From the IMG/VR virus record IMGVR_UViG_3300025769_000006: a DNA stretch of 64,000 bases; one strand, written 5' to 3'. Positions within the stretch are counted from its first letter, which is position 1. Each line of letters starts with the position of its first letter. This document shows, in pieces, positions 46,924 to 54,584 of this stretch. Under the pieces are notes generated by a model. That model searched no databases, had not been told where the DNA came from, and worked only from the letters and a program-made list of their open reading frames with translations. Source of the DNA: a virus. The position numbers were made by a program, and so were the translations under genes.

Positions 46924-49215
46924 TTATCCTACATATGTAAGTAATACTTCGTAAGCTGAATCAGCAGGTGTTCCTACAAAAGCTATATCTAAATCAGCAG
47001 AAGATCTTGTGACGTCTGCGTATACTGTTTGACCAGCAGCAGTTATAACTTCACACTTAACATCTAAAGCTACTGCACCAGATCCAAAGACAGAAGCATT
47101 TGATACATCTAATGTAAATGTTCTTATACCACCAGCATCAGCTTTTGAGACGTAAGCTAATGCGCTATTCAACACTATTCTTTTTCCTAAAGCACCAGTA
47201 TCTGTTGGTGTCACCCAAGTACCGTCACCTCGTAAGAAAGTTGTAGCAGAACCACCAGCCGGAACGTGACCTATATTGCTACCACCGTCGTATGCCATTG
47301 ATTGTACTAAAACATTACCTGTAGTTGGGTTAACGACTATTGGAGTTCCTGAAGAAGTACCCGGCGTTGTTTCATCAACACTAGTTACAGCACCTGTTGT
47401 ATCTGTCCATGGAACGTTAACAACAAGCTTGTCACTACTGTTAATTTGAATAGGATATGTTCTACTAGCTGTTGTTGAAGCTGTATTAGCCGCAACCGTT
47501 TGAGCAGTATAAGAAATAAGATCAGCTCTAAATATTGTTCCGTTCAGGTTAACACCTTGATCTGCTGTATAAGTTGTGTTTGTGTCTGTCCAAGGAACAT
47601 TTACAAGCATTTGGTCAGAAGCATTTAGCTGAACTTTGTATGACCTTCCAGCTGTACTTGATGCGGTATTTCCTGCTACAGTTTGAGTTGTGTCAGTTCC
47701 TAGTTTTACTAAACCTAAAACACTTGAAGTTGCCGTGCTATATTGAGTATTTGTTGGTGTTACCCACGTTCCATCACCACGTAAGAATGTAGTTGAAGCG
47801 CCACCACTTGGGACAATACCCAATGTAGAACCACCACCGTATATATCAGCAGAAACAAAACCATTTGATGTAACGCTAAAATGTGCTGAGTTAAAACCAG
47901 CAACACCTTTATCTGTTGCGCCGTCTGTAGCACCTTCACCAGCAACATTAGCGTCTTGTATAACTACAGTATAATCACTAATTGCTGGATTTGAATTTGC
48001 TGCAATATCAGTATTAGCATAAATCATATCACCAGGTTCTAGCGTTTCTGTAAAGAAAGCAGTACCTGCGACTGTTACAGCAAAGAAATCACCTAAATCT
48101 AAAGCGATGTTACTTGCTCCATCTAATGAACCATTTCCAGCGCCTAAGTCTGTAGTTAAACCTGTGTTTGCGTTATAACCACCTTTGAATAAACCTACGC
48201 CTGCTATTAAGCCTTGTACTTGACCTAAGTTTACAGCATCGTTGTTAGCGGTACCATTAGCCAAGTTGTTTATTTGGCCACTAGTCATATTTAAAGTTCC
48301 ATTGACTGTTGCGTCTACACTAACCGTAAGATCACCTGCTATTGTAACGTCATCTACTAAATCAAATTCTATTGTATCGTTTGTAGAACCAGTCACTTTT
48401 ACAGTTGTACTAGTTCCTTGCATGTTAACTATATCAGTACTACTATCACTTCCAGTTAAAACAATGTCAGGATTATTACCGTTAGTTGTGGGTAATGTAT
48501 AAGTTGTATTGCTTCCAGCCGGTACTAAATCAAGAATATCTTGTATTTCATATTCTTTTACAATATTATCTGTAAGATCTTCAGCTATAAATTTATCTCC
48601 TGCAACTAAAGTTGTTCCATCTGTTGCTGAGTCAATAATGTTATTAGCGCCGGAATAATCAACAGCAACATCATTGGTGTTAACTTGTATACCAGCTCCA
48701 GCACCTATATTAAACGTAATAGTTTCATTAGATGCTTGATTTAAAGTAAAAGCGCCTCCATCAGCCAAACCACTTCCAGCGGTTAATGTAATTGTAGCAT
48801 CACTAGGAGTAGCGGGTGCAGATCCAGCTGTAACAGAAATAACATGGCCTTGTGCGTTTGTTTGTATAGAAGAAGGATAAGCATATGTACCTGCTGTTCC
48901 GTAATCGTCATGATCAATAGTTATTGTATCACCTGACATACTTCCTGTCAAAGCAGTTCCTCCGTTTATTGTTAATGTATCTCCATCACTTATAACAGAA
49001 GAACCAGTGTTACTAGCTGCTGTAAAACTATAAGAAGCTCCAATGTCTATCCAGCCAGCCGCCGTGTATAATCTTACTACATCGGATGCGGTGTTATAAT
49101 ATACTCTACCTTCGTATAAACCAGAACTAGGATCTGATGCTATATTTTCTAATCTCAGTTTTTGTGATTGAGCACCTGAGCTATACTCTACGTTGTTTAC
49201 AAATAAAATTGCCAT
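46924..49215 (-). CDS. tail fibre protein with internal duplications
   Basis: TTFLRGDGTWVTPT occurs twice and L(V/L)VNVPWTDT occurs twice. Confidence 0.6.
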   Translation of the reverse strand: MAILFVNNVEYSSGAQSQKLRLENIASDPSSGLYEGRVYYNTASDVVRLYTAAGWIDIGASYSFTAASNTGSSVISDGDTLTINGGTALTGSMSGDTITIDHDDYGTAGTYAYPSSIQTNAQGHVISVTAGSAPATPSDATITLTAGSGLADGGAFTLNQASNETITFNIGAGAGIQVNTNDVAVDYSGANNIIDSATDGTTLVAGDKFIAEDLTDNIVKEYEIQDILDLVPAGSNTTYTLPTTNGNNPDIVLTGSDSSTDIVNMQGTSTTVKVTGSTNDTIEFDLVDDVTIAGDLTVSVDATVNGTLNMTSGQINNLANGTANNDAVNLGQVQGLIAGVGLFKGGYNANTGLTTDLGAGNGSLDGASNIALDLGDFFAVTVAGTAFFTETLEPGDMIYANTDIAANSNPAISDYTVVIQDANVAGEGATDGATDKGVAGFNSAHFSVTSNGFVSADIYGGGSTLGIVPSGGASTTFLRGDGTWVTPTNTQYSTATSSVLGLVKLGTDTTQTVAGNTASSTAGRSYKVQLNASDQMLVNVPWTDTNTTYTADQGVNLNGTIFRADLISYTAQTVAANTASTTASRTYPIQINSSDKLVVNVPWTDTTGAVTSVDETTPGTSSGTPIVVNPTTGNVLVQSMAYDGGSNIGHVPAGGSATTFLRGDGTWVTPTDTGALGKRIVLNSALAYVSKADAGGIRTFTLDVSNASVFGSGAVALDVKCEVITAAGQTVYADVTRSSADLDIAFVGTPADSAYEVLLTYVG

Positions 49216-49221
49216 GTTATG

Positions 49222-49911
49222 TTAGTTTAAAAATGCTTTGCCTGCAAATGCGGCTCCAAATGTTATTGTTAAGTTGTTATTATCTATATATTCTATTTGA
49301 CCTCCTAATACAGAGGTGTCTCCCGTGTCTACAACTGTTGCAGAAGGGAATTTTCCTAAATTATGTTGTATTGTCCAAGTTGCTGATGGCGATCCTTGGG
49401 TAAAATTAAATGTTTTATCTCCTGTATTAGAAGATATTGTAAAAGCAGCAAAATCGTAATTTTTGTTTAAAACTACGTTACCATTACCGCCAATGTTTGT
49501 TAATACTAAATCGTAAACATTACTACCTGTTAAGGTGTAAGAGTCAATTGTATAATGCCCAAATTCATCTATTTTATTTTGTTCGCTTATTAGTATATTG
49601 TTGCTTACTAAATATTGAACAAACGCGGCTGTCTCTTGGCCGGATACATCAGTTCCAGAAATACTTAAAGTAGTAAAACTGCTTAAAGAATCTCCATTAT
49701 TTGGACCTGAAAATTCTCCTGTCTGTGTAGGACCAGCTGAAAATTTAAAAACCATTTGCCCTGATACAGATATCTTCCCTTTTATATTAAGGTATTTAGC
49801 TACTGCTTCAGCGGTAAATTGTTTAGTAAGTCTATTAGAAGACTCAGTACCTATCCACGCATCTTTATCATCGATGTTGTTGTCATAGGTATAGGTGCTT
49901 ATCCTTGCCAT
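49222..49911 (-). CDS. structural protein (229 aa)
   Basis: ORF track entry. Confidence 0.4.
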   Translation of the reverse strand: MARISTYTYDNNIDDKDAWIGTESSNRLTKQFTAEAVAKYLNIKGKISVSGQMVFKFSAGPTQTGEFSGPNNGDSLSSFTTLSISGTDVSGQETAAFVQYLVSNNILISEQNKIDEFGHYTIDSYTLTGSNVYDLVLTNIGGNGNVVLNKNYDFAAFTISSNTGDKTFNFTQGSPSATWTIQHNLGKFPSATVVDTGDTSVLGGQIEYIDNNNLTITFGAAFAGKAFLN

Positions 49912-49914
49912 TTA

Positions 49915-50397
49915 TTATTCAAATGTTTTTATTTCTACAAAAAACTGATATTCATTAGAAGCTGCGTTGTTTACATCAAAAGACCAAAAACCTATTGTTT
50001 GATTTGTTTTTGGCGCTGCAAAAATAGTTCTTAGTGTCTGAACCGCAGGTGGATCCCATGTGACGCGTGGTGTTACTAGTATTTGAGTTTTATTAGAATT
50101 GTACAGCACATTAGGTGATTGAGTGCTTAAATATGATAAACCTGTTACATCCATTCCAACTGTAGGTGTAAATCCTAAGTCATTATATAAAACAACCATT
50201 GTCGGAGCATTGACACCTGTTTGAGTGATTAATGCAGAAAAAGATTTATAACCTTTGCTTATTAACCTTGAAACATCTGATATTGAAAAGTTTGAAGTTA
50301 TAGGTTTTTCTTCAGTATCAGGTCTAGCGGTTTTAGTTCCTACTAACAAGTCTGAGTTTTTTGGTGTGTTTGTTGGATATGCACTTAAATTTGCCAT
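49915..50397 (-). CDS. structural protein (160 aa)
   Basis: ORF track entry. Confidence 0.4.
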   Translation of the reverse strand: MANLSAYPTNTPKNSDLLVGTKTARPDTEEKPITSNFSISDVSRLISKGYKSFSALITQTGVNAPTMVVLYNDLGFTPTVGMDVTGLSYLSTQSPNVLYNSNKTQILVTPRVTWDPPAVQTLRTIFAAPKTNQTIGFWSFDVNNAASNEYQFFVEIKTFE

Positions 50398-50400
50398 TTT

Positions 50401-50637
50401 TTATGATTTTCTTGTTCCTTTACCGTAATTACCTCTATTTTGTTTTACACTAACAAATCTCTGCTTAGTATGGTCGTAATCTTTGTCTAATAACCAGTTT
50501 TTACCATGATTTTTTTCTGCTTTTCTTCTTTTTCTTTGATTTTCAGCTTTTTTACGCTTTCTGTCGTCTGTTTTTGCGTACTCAAGATCTCTCTTGGCCT
50601 TGTCTCTTCTTGCTTTTGCGCTTAATTTTTGAGCCAT
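50401..50637 (-). CDS. highly basic K/R-rich protein, first gene of late operon
   Basis: ORF track entry. Confidence 0.45.
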   Translation of the reverse strand: MAQKLSAKARRDKAKRDLEYAKTDDRKRKKAENQRKRRKAEKNHGKNWLLDKDYDHTKQRFVSVKQNRGNYGKGTRKS

Positions 50638-50660
50638 TGTAGTTTGTTTTCGTATATTAT

Positions 50661-50673
50661 ATATACTTACATG
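50661..50673 (-). promoter_or_regulatory. late-type box CATGTAAGTATAT
   Basis: Lies 23 nt upstream of ATG 50637 and is a member of the CAWGTAAT family. Confidence 0.3.
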
Positions 50674-50702
50674 GTTTTTAGTGTTTTTACCTGTAAATTG
50701 AC

Positions 50703-50745
50703 TGACAATAGGTACTTACTTATATACTTAGGTACCCTTATGTCA
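50703..50745. promoter_or_regulatory. nested hairpin with conserved 15-nt loop TTACTTATATACTTA
   Basis: TGACA..GGTAC-loop-GTACC..TGTCA, in the divergent control region. Confidence 0.5.
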
Positions 50746-50793
50746 CATAAAATAAAAAAATGTCACAAATAGAGGGCTATGGTGTTACTACTA

Positions 50794-50818
50794 GTTTTTC
50801 AAAAAGTTTTTCGAAAAG
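50794..50818. repeat. tandem palindromic 12-mers GTTTTTCAAAAA / GTTTTTCGAAAA
   Basis: Read directly from the sequence in the divergent intergenic region. Confidence 0.6.
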
Positions 50819-50966
50819 CAAAATCGTTTCATTTTACCGGGTCCGCCCAATTTCTAGGGTTTTAGGTTTAACGTTTCAAGCCATTGTTTGATTTTCCACC
50901 AGCTTTTTAGCTTTTTTTTCAGCACCTACTCACGGACTTGCGAGTGATTTACATTATAGAACCACT

Positions 50967-51000
50967 CACGGAGTTACTCGTGTGCTTAACAGATAATATA
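50967..51000 (+). promoter_or_regulatory. class-E promoter CACGGA-N18-AGATAATATA
   Basis: CACGGAGTTACTCGTGTGCTTAACAGATAATATA, ending 39 nt before ATG 51040. An extra CACGGACTTG half-site lies at 50931-50940. Confidence 0.6.
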
Positions 51001-51039
51001 TTCGAAGTTTAAAACTAATATTAATTAAATTAAATTCCT

Positions 51040-51279
51040 ATGTCAAAAGTAAATCAAATTACTACAAAAAGATTTGTAATCAGAAAATCCTTAATTGGTA
51101 CAAACACAGTGATTACATTCACTAACAAGAACAAAGAAGTATGTAAGTACAATCATGACTTAGTCTACAATCAACTAAAAGAAAAGTTCGACGCTATGCC
51201 ATGCTTCAACAAGTACAACAGTTATACAAACTCTAACAATCTACCAAAGTTTGTAAGAGACCTTGAGAAAATAGTATAA
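51040..51279 (+). CDS. early protein, paralog family A (79 aa)
   Basis: ORF track entry; highly similar to 51782..52021. Confidence 0.7.
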   Translation: MSKVNQITTKRFVIRKSLIGTNTVITFTNKNKEVCKYNHDLVYNQLKEKFDAMPCFNKYNSYTNSNNLPKFVRDLEKIV

Positions 51280-51339
51280 CACTAATGACCTAAGCAAGTC
51301 ACTAAACTGCTTTATTTTTTAATTGTTTTATTATCTACT

Positions 51340-51373
51340 CACGGACTTGCTAGCGTATAATTTGGATAATATA
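51340..51373 (+). promoter_or_regulatory. class-E promoter (GGATAATATA variant)
   Basis: CACGGACTTGCTAGCGTATAATTTGGATAATATA. Confidence 0.5.
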
Positions 51374-51404
51374 ACCAAATAATAATAATTTAAAATTTAA
51401 AACT

Positions 51405-51575
51405 ATGTTTATAATAAACAAAAACCAAATTAAATTAACAACTAATTTATTAACAAACAAACACATCAACATCCAATTTTTAAACAACAAATTAATAATT
51501 AAATCAAATCCATCAAACACAAACATCCAAAAATTACTCGACCGCAATTACATTACTTATAAATTAACTAAATAA
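51405..51575 (+). CDS. small N/K/I-rich ORF (56 aa), not in ORF track; possibly a decayed paralog
   Basis: ATG 51405 to TAA 51573-51575. Preceded by a class-E motif. Confidence 0.3.
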   Translation: MFIINKNQIKLTTNLLTNKHINIQFLNNKLIIKSNPSNTNIQKLLDRNYITYKLTK

Positions 51576-51711
51576 AACTAAACCCCCAAATCTACTTTAA
51601 CCTACTAATACATACTAAGCATAACAAGCCTGATTTTGAAATAGGATCGGAAGAGTAGACTCCGTCCTACACCATACTTATGTATTCTTTTTTTGCTGCA
51701 TGCCGCACTCG

Positions 51712-51745
51712 CACGGACTTGCGCGTTAAGTTGTCAGATAATATA
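51712..51745 (+). promoter_or_regulatory. class-E promoter
   Basis: CACGGACTTGCGCGTTAAGTTGTCAGATAATATA. Confidence 0.6.
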
Positions 51746-51781
51746 ACTGTAAGCAACGAAGCTTATATTAAACTTTATACT

Positions 51782-52021
51782 ATGCAAAAAGCACAAAAAC
51801 TCACAACAAAGCGATTTGTTATTCGCAAGTCATTAATTGGTAAAAATGTAGTAATTACTTTTACTAACAAAAACAAGGAAAAATGCACTTATAATCATGA
51901 CCTTGTTTACGAGCAACTCAAAGAGCGATTTGAAGCTATGCCTTGCTTCGCTAAATATAGCTCTTATACTAATTCTAATAACTTACCTAAATTTGTAAGA
52001 GACTTAGATAAAATAGTCTAA
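51782..52021 (+). CDS. early protein, paralog family A (79 aa)
   Basis: In-frame ATG 51782 of ORF 51680..52021, which lies downstream of the promoter. MQKAQKLTTKRFVIRKSLIGKNVVITFTNKNKE.. parallels 51040..51279. Confidence 0.7.
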   Translation: MQKAQKLTTKRFVIRKSLIGKNVVITFTNKNKEKCTYNHDLVYEQLKERFEAMPCFAKYSSYTNSNNLPKFVRDLDKIV

Positions 52022-52027
52022 TACTTC

Positions 52028-52085
52028 ATACTGACATTAGCTAGTTACTTATATACTTAATTAGCTTTTGTCAGTATTTTTTTAA
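52028..52085 (+). terminator. rho-independent terminator with the conserved 15-nt loop
   Basis: ATACTGACA..AGCTA-gTTACTTATATACTTAat-TAGCT..TGTCAGTAT followed by TTTTTTT. Confidence 0.65.
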
Positions 52086-52101
52086 CCGATGCAAATTCTC
52101 G

Positions 52102-52135
52102 CACGGACTTGTGTCAAAAAACTACAGATAATATA
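52102..52135 (+). promoter_or_regulatory. class-E promoter
   Basis: CACGGACTTGTGTCAAAAAACTACAGATAATATA. Confidence 0.6.
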
Positions 52136-52228
52136 TCCGAGATTATTATTATACTGTACTCATATAGATACAGTGCATTATACCTCAGCACTATTTTTAT
52201 TTACTAAACAAAGTAACACCTTTAAACT

Positions 52229-52357
52229 ATGCAAAGAATAGAGATTATAGCGGCAATAGACGAGTTAAACCAATACTTAAATGGTAATGTATTTACTAGT
52301 AGTATAGTAGAGACATTAGAAAACTTAGCAGAAAAACTTAAAAATCAAACTATATGA
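52229..52357 (+). CDS. microprotein (42 aa), not in ORF track
   Basis: MQRIEIIAAIDELNQYLNGNVFTSSIVETLENLAEKLKNQTI, with an ATGA overlap onto the next gene. Confidence 0.4.
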   Translation: MQRIEIIAAIDELNQYLNGNVFTSSIVETLENLAEKLKNQTI

Positions 52358-52605
52358 GTAAAATGACTATGAAGGATCTATGCGAGTATTCTTCAAAACA
52401 AAGAAAACTTCGTGCCGCGGAGCATAGACGCGAGCACCACCACGACGGTTTATGCAGTGGACTTACTCAGTCGGAGTATAATAGAATGACTGTAAGACAA
52501 AAGACTAGTTTCTCAAAAGCTAGAAAGTTCACTCATAACCGTATGTGGAAAAGCACACACACTAAATTTGACTTAAAACAACTAAAACTAATAAGTAAAT
52601 CTTAA
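52354..52605 (+). CDS. basic hypothetical protein
   Basis: ORF track entry. Confidence 0.5.
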   Translation: MSKMTMKDLCEYSSKQRKLRAAEHRREHHHDGLCSGLTQSEYNRMTVRQKTSFSKARKFTHNRMWKSTHTKFDLKQLKLISKS

Positions 52606-52607
52606 TT

Positions 52608-52778
52608 ATGAAAAGAAAATTTATTCACTATGTAATTGCTAGACTTACAGATATTGCTATAAAAGCATTTATAGTATCGCTAGCGACAATAGCTATAGGA
52701 GGTATAGCGTTCTTTATCTTCATGATGATAACAGGACAAGTAGATTATGGTAACACCTCGTTTGGAATCTACGGATAA
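52608..52778 (+). CDS. small TM protein (56 aa), not in ORF track
   Basis: MKRKFIHYVIARLTDIAIKAFIVSLATIAIGGIAFFIFMMITGQVDYGNTSFGIYG. Confidence 0.45.
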   Translation: MKRKFIHYVIARLTDIAIKAFIVSLATIAIGGIAFFIFMMITGQVDYGNTSFGIYG

Positions 52779-52781
52779 CTA

Positions 52782-52815
52782 CACTGACTTATATATATAC
52801 AGTGCAGATAATATA
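52782..52815 (+). promoter_or_regulatory. class-E promoter (CACTGA variant)
   Basis: CACTGACTTATATATATACAGTGCAGATAATATA, with the same 24-nt register. Confidence 0.5.
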
Positions 52816-52845
52816 TTAAAATGTTCAACTAAATAATAAATAACT

Positions 52846-53103
52846 ATGCAAGTAAAAACTATTAAATTCTTAAACAAGTCAACTATTCTACTTAACAAAG
52901 TAAAATACAAAGGTTATCCTGTTGGCGAGCTACCTAAAAAGTTTGCTTTTATCTACAACGAAGAAGAAGACAAAGAAGGTATTAAAGAATGGTTCAACTA
53001 CAAAGGTTTAACCTATGTACAAGTAAAAGAGTCTATTTGGAGTCAAATAGCAAAAGACAACGAGCAAATGAATATAGAAATGCTATTTAAAACTATGAAT
53101 TAA
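52846..53103 (+). CDS. hypothetical protein
   Basis: ORF track entry. Confidence 0.5.
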   Translation: MQVKTIKFLNKSTILLNKVKYKGYPVGELPKKFAFIYNEEEDKEGIKEWFNYKGLTYVQVKESIWSQIAKDNEQMNIEMLFKTMN

Positions 53104-53104
53104 T

Positions 53105-53251
53105 ATGAGTATAACTAAAATCTTAGATACACTAGCACAAGAGTGGTACGGCGAGTTTGGCTTTGCCACTTGCAGCTTACAAGAACAAGACGCAATAGTA
53201 AAATATGCTTATGAGCAAAGCGTTCACAGAATAAATAATACTAATAAATAA
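53105..53251 (+). CDS. microprotein (48 aa), not in ORF track
   Basis: MSITKILDTLAQEWYGEFGFATCSLQEQDAIVKYAYEQSVHRINNTNK. Confidence 0.35.
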   Translation: MSITKILDTLAQEWYGEFGFATCSLQEQDAIVKYAYEQSVHRINNTNK

Positions 53252-53258
53252 TATAACT

Positions 53259-53690
53259 ATGACAAACTATCAAAAAGAGCAATTTCTGCTTGAAGAACAG
53301 TTCGTAAAGCGTTTGCTTATCGACTACGGAATCAGAGAAGTAACAACACAGAGGCAGGCTAAAAATGAAACTCGTGAGTTTGAGTTTCCTGTACCTGCAT
53401 ATACTAAACAAAGACTTAAGTGGCATGCTAAACGAAGCGACATAAAAGATTTACCAAGACTACGCATCGCTTGTTTCAAATCAGGTTATGTACGCAAGCA
53501 AAACGGTGCAGACAGAGCGTATCAACTAAATCCTGTTTACGAGCAAAATTATAGATGCGTATGGCAAAGAGACAACGGTGAACTATATGTTTCATCAGGT
53601 GTAAATAAAGCTCGCGCGCTTATATATTCTCCAATAACTAGACTAAACTTTATGCTACAATATTATCTTAGAAACTATGCAAACAATTAA
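53259..53690 (+). CDS. hypothetical protein (143 aa)
   Basis: ORF track entry. Confidence 0.5.
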   Translation: MTNYQKEQFLLEEQFVKRLLIDYGIREVTTQRQAKNETREFEFPVPAYTKQRLKWHAKRSDIKDLPRLRIACFKSGYVRKQNGADRAYQLNPVYEQNYRCVWQRDNGELYVSSGVNKARALIYSPITRLNFMLQYYLRNYANN

Positions 53691-53700
53691 AACTAAAAAT

Positions 53701-53835
53701 ATGAGAACACTTAAATTAACAGAAAACGATTGCACGTTTGTACACTATGTACTACGCATGTATGCTCAACAAACACCTGGATTAGATCAAGAAGACAAAG
53801 AAGAAATATACGAAGTTGCAGCTAAATTTAAATAA
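53701..53835 (+). CDS. microprotein (44 aa), not in ORF track
   Basis: MRTLKLTENDCTFVHYVLRMYAQQTPGLDQEDKEEIYEVAAKFK. Confidence 0.35.
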   Translation: MRTLKLTENDCTFVHYVLRMYAQQTPGLDQEDKEEIYEVAAKFK

Positions 53836-53836
53836 T

Positions 53837-53989
53837 ATGAGTAAAGAAAAATATAGAATAATATACAGAAACACTTATTACGGTGATGAAGAGATAGATA
53901 CAGCAGAAACTAAAGTAGAAGCTATTTGTTTAACTGGTGAATACAGAAAAGCTTTTCGCTCAGGTAATGTATACTTTAAAAGAATATGA
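53837..53989 (+). CDS. microprotein (50 aa), not in ORF track
   Basis: MSKEKYRIIYRNTYYGDEEIDTAETKVEAICLTGEYRKAFRSGNVYFKRI, with an ATGA overlap onto the next gene. Confidence 0.35.
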   Translation: MSKEKYRIIYRNTYYGDEEIDTAETKVEAICLTGEYRKAFRSGNVYFKRI

Positions 53990-54210
53990 CTATTAATATA
54001 GAATATAACGACCACAATTACGAAGTTTACTTTGATGTAATACTTGGGTCTCACGGTGATTATTTTAATCCACCTGAACCACCTGAAATACATATACACT
54101 CTGTTGTAGATGAAGATGGTAATGAAGTTCAAGATTATAGCGTAATAAACTATGCTGACGAAGAAATATATTATAAGTTAAGTGATGGCTATTTTGACTA
54201 CACGGACTAA
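53986..54210 (+). CDS. acidic hypothetical protein
   Basis: ORF track entry. Its C-terminal codons (..DYTD) form the upstream box of the next promoter. Confidence 0.5.
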   Translation: MTINIEYNDHNYEVYFDVILGSHGDYFNPPEPPEIHIHSVVDEDGNEVQDYSVINYADEEIYYKLSDGYFDYTD

Positions 54211-54234
54211 ATATAAATCACTACAGATAATATA
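54201..54234 (+). promoter_or_regulatory. class-E promoter
   Basis: CACGGACTAAATATAAATCACTACAGATAATATA. Confidence 0.6.
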
Positions 54235-54257
54235 TGTGAATAACAAAAAAACAAACT

Positions 54258-54452
54258 ATGTATTGTAAATGTAAACCAAATACTAAAATACCCGAAGCTC
54301 GAGTAGCTTTAGGTTATAAGACATGTGTTGATTGTTCTACTGCTGAGCAATATAGTTATGTACCAATAATCAACCATAAAACTGGCAATACTATTCAAAT
54401 AGTAAGTCAATCACTCTCCGCCGCGGTGCATAGGTCGTGGCGGCGTAAATAG
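54258..54452 (+). CDS. C4 zinc-finger protein, DksA/TraR-like
   Basis: CKC..(17 aa incl. IPEARVALGYKT)..CVDC is a spacing and context reminiscent of phage TraR. Confidence 0.45.
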   Translation: MYCKCKPNTKIPEARVALGYKTCVDCSTAEQYSYVPIINHKTGNTIQIVSQSLSAAVHRSWRRK

Positions 54453-54584
54453 ATAATCTAGAAGCTTAAGACATAGCTAGATATCTACAGCTAGACGAGT
54501 AGCTTAATTAGGTGTGTATGTGGCGACGACTATCGACGGATATATGTGATCATACGGAAGTGTATTACACACACATAAGTGAAT

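Noticed and set aside
50931-52135. N4-type hairpin promoters at the CACGGACTTGCG boxes
   Set aside because: Short stems (e.g. CGCA/TGCG) can be drawn in two or three copies. They are absent from the CTACACGGA(C/G/A).. copies, so the conserved feature is sequence and spacing, not a hairpin.
53225-53255. Possible tenth class-E promoter (CACAGA ... AAATAATATA) upstream of 53259
   Set aside because: The spacing is 21 rather than 24 nt and both boxes are degenerate. In AT-rich DNA this is not distinguishable from chance.
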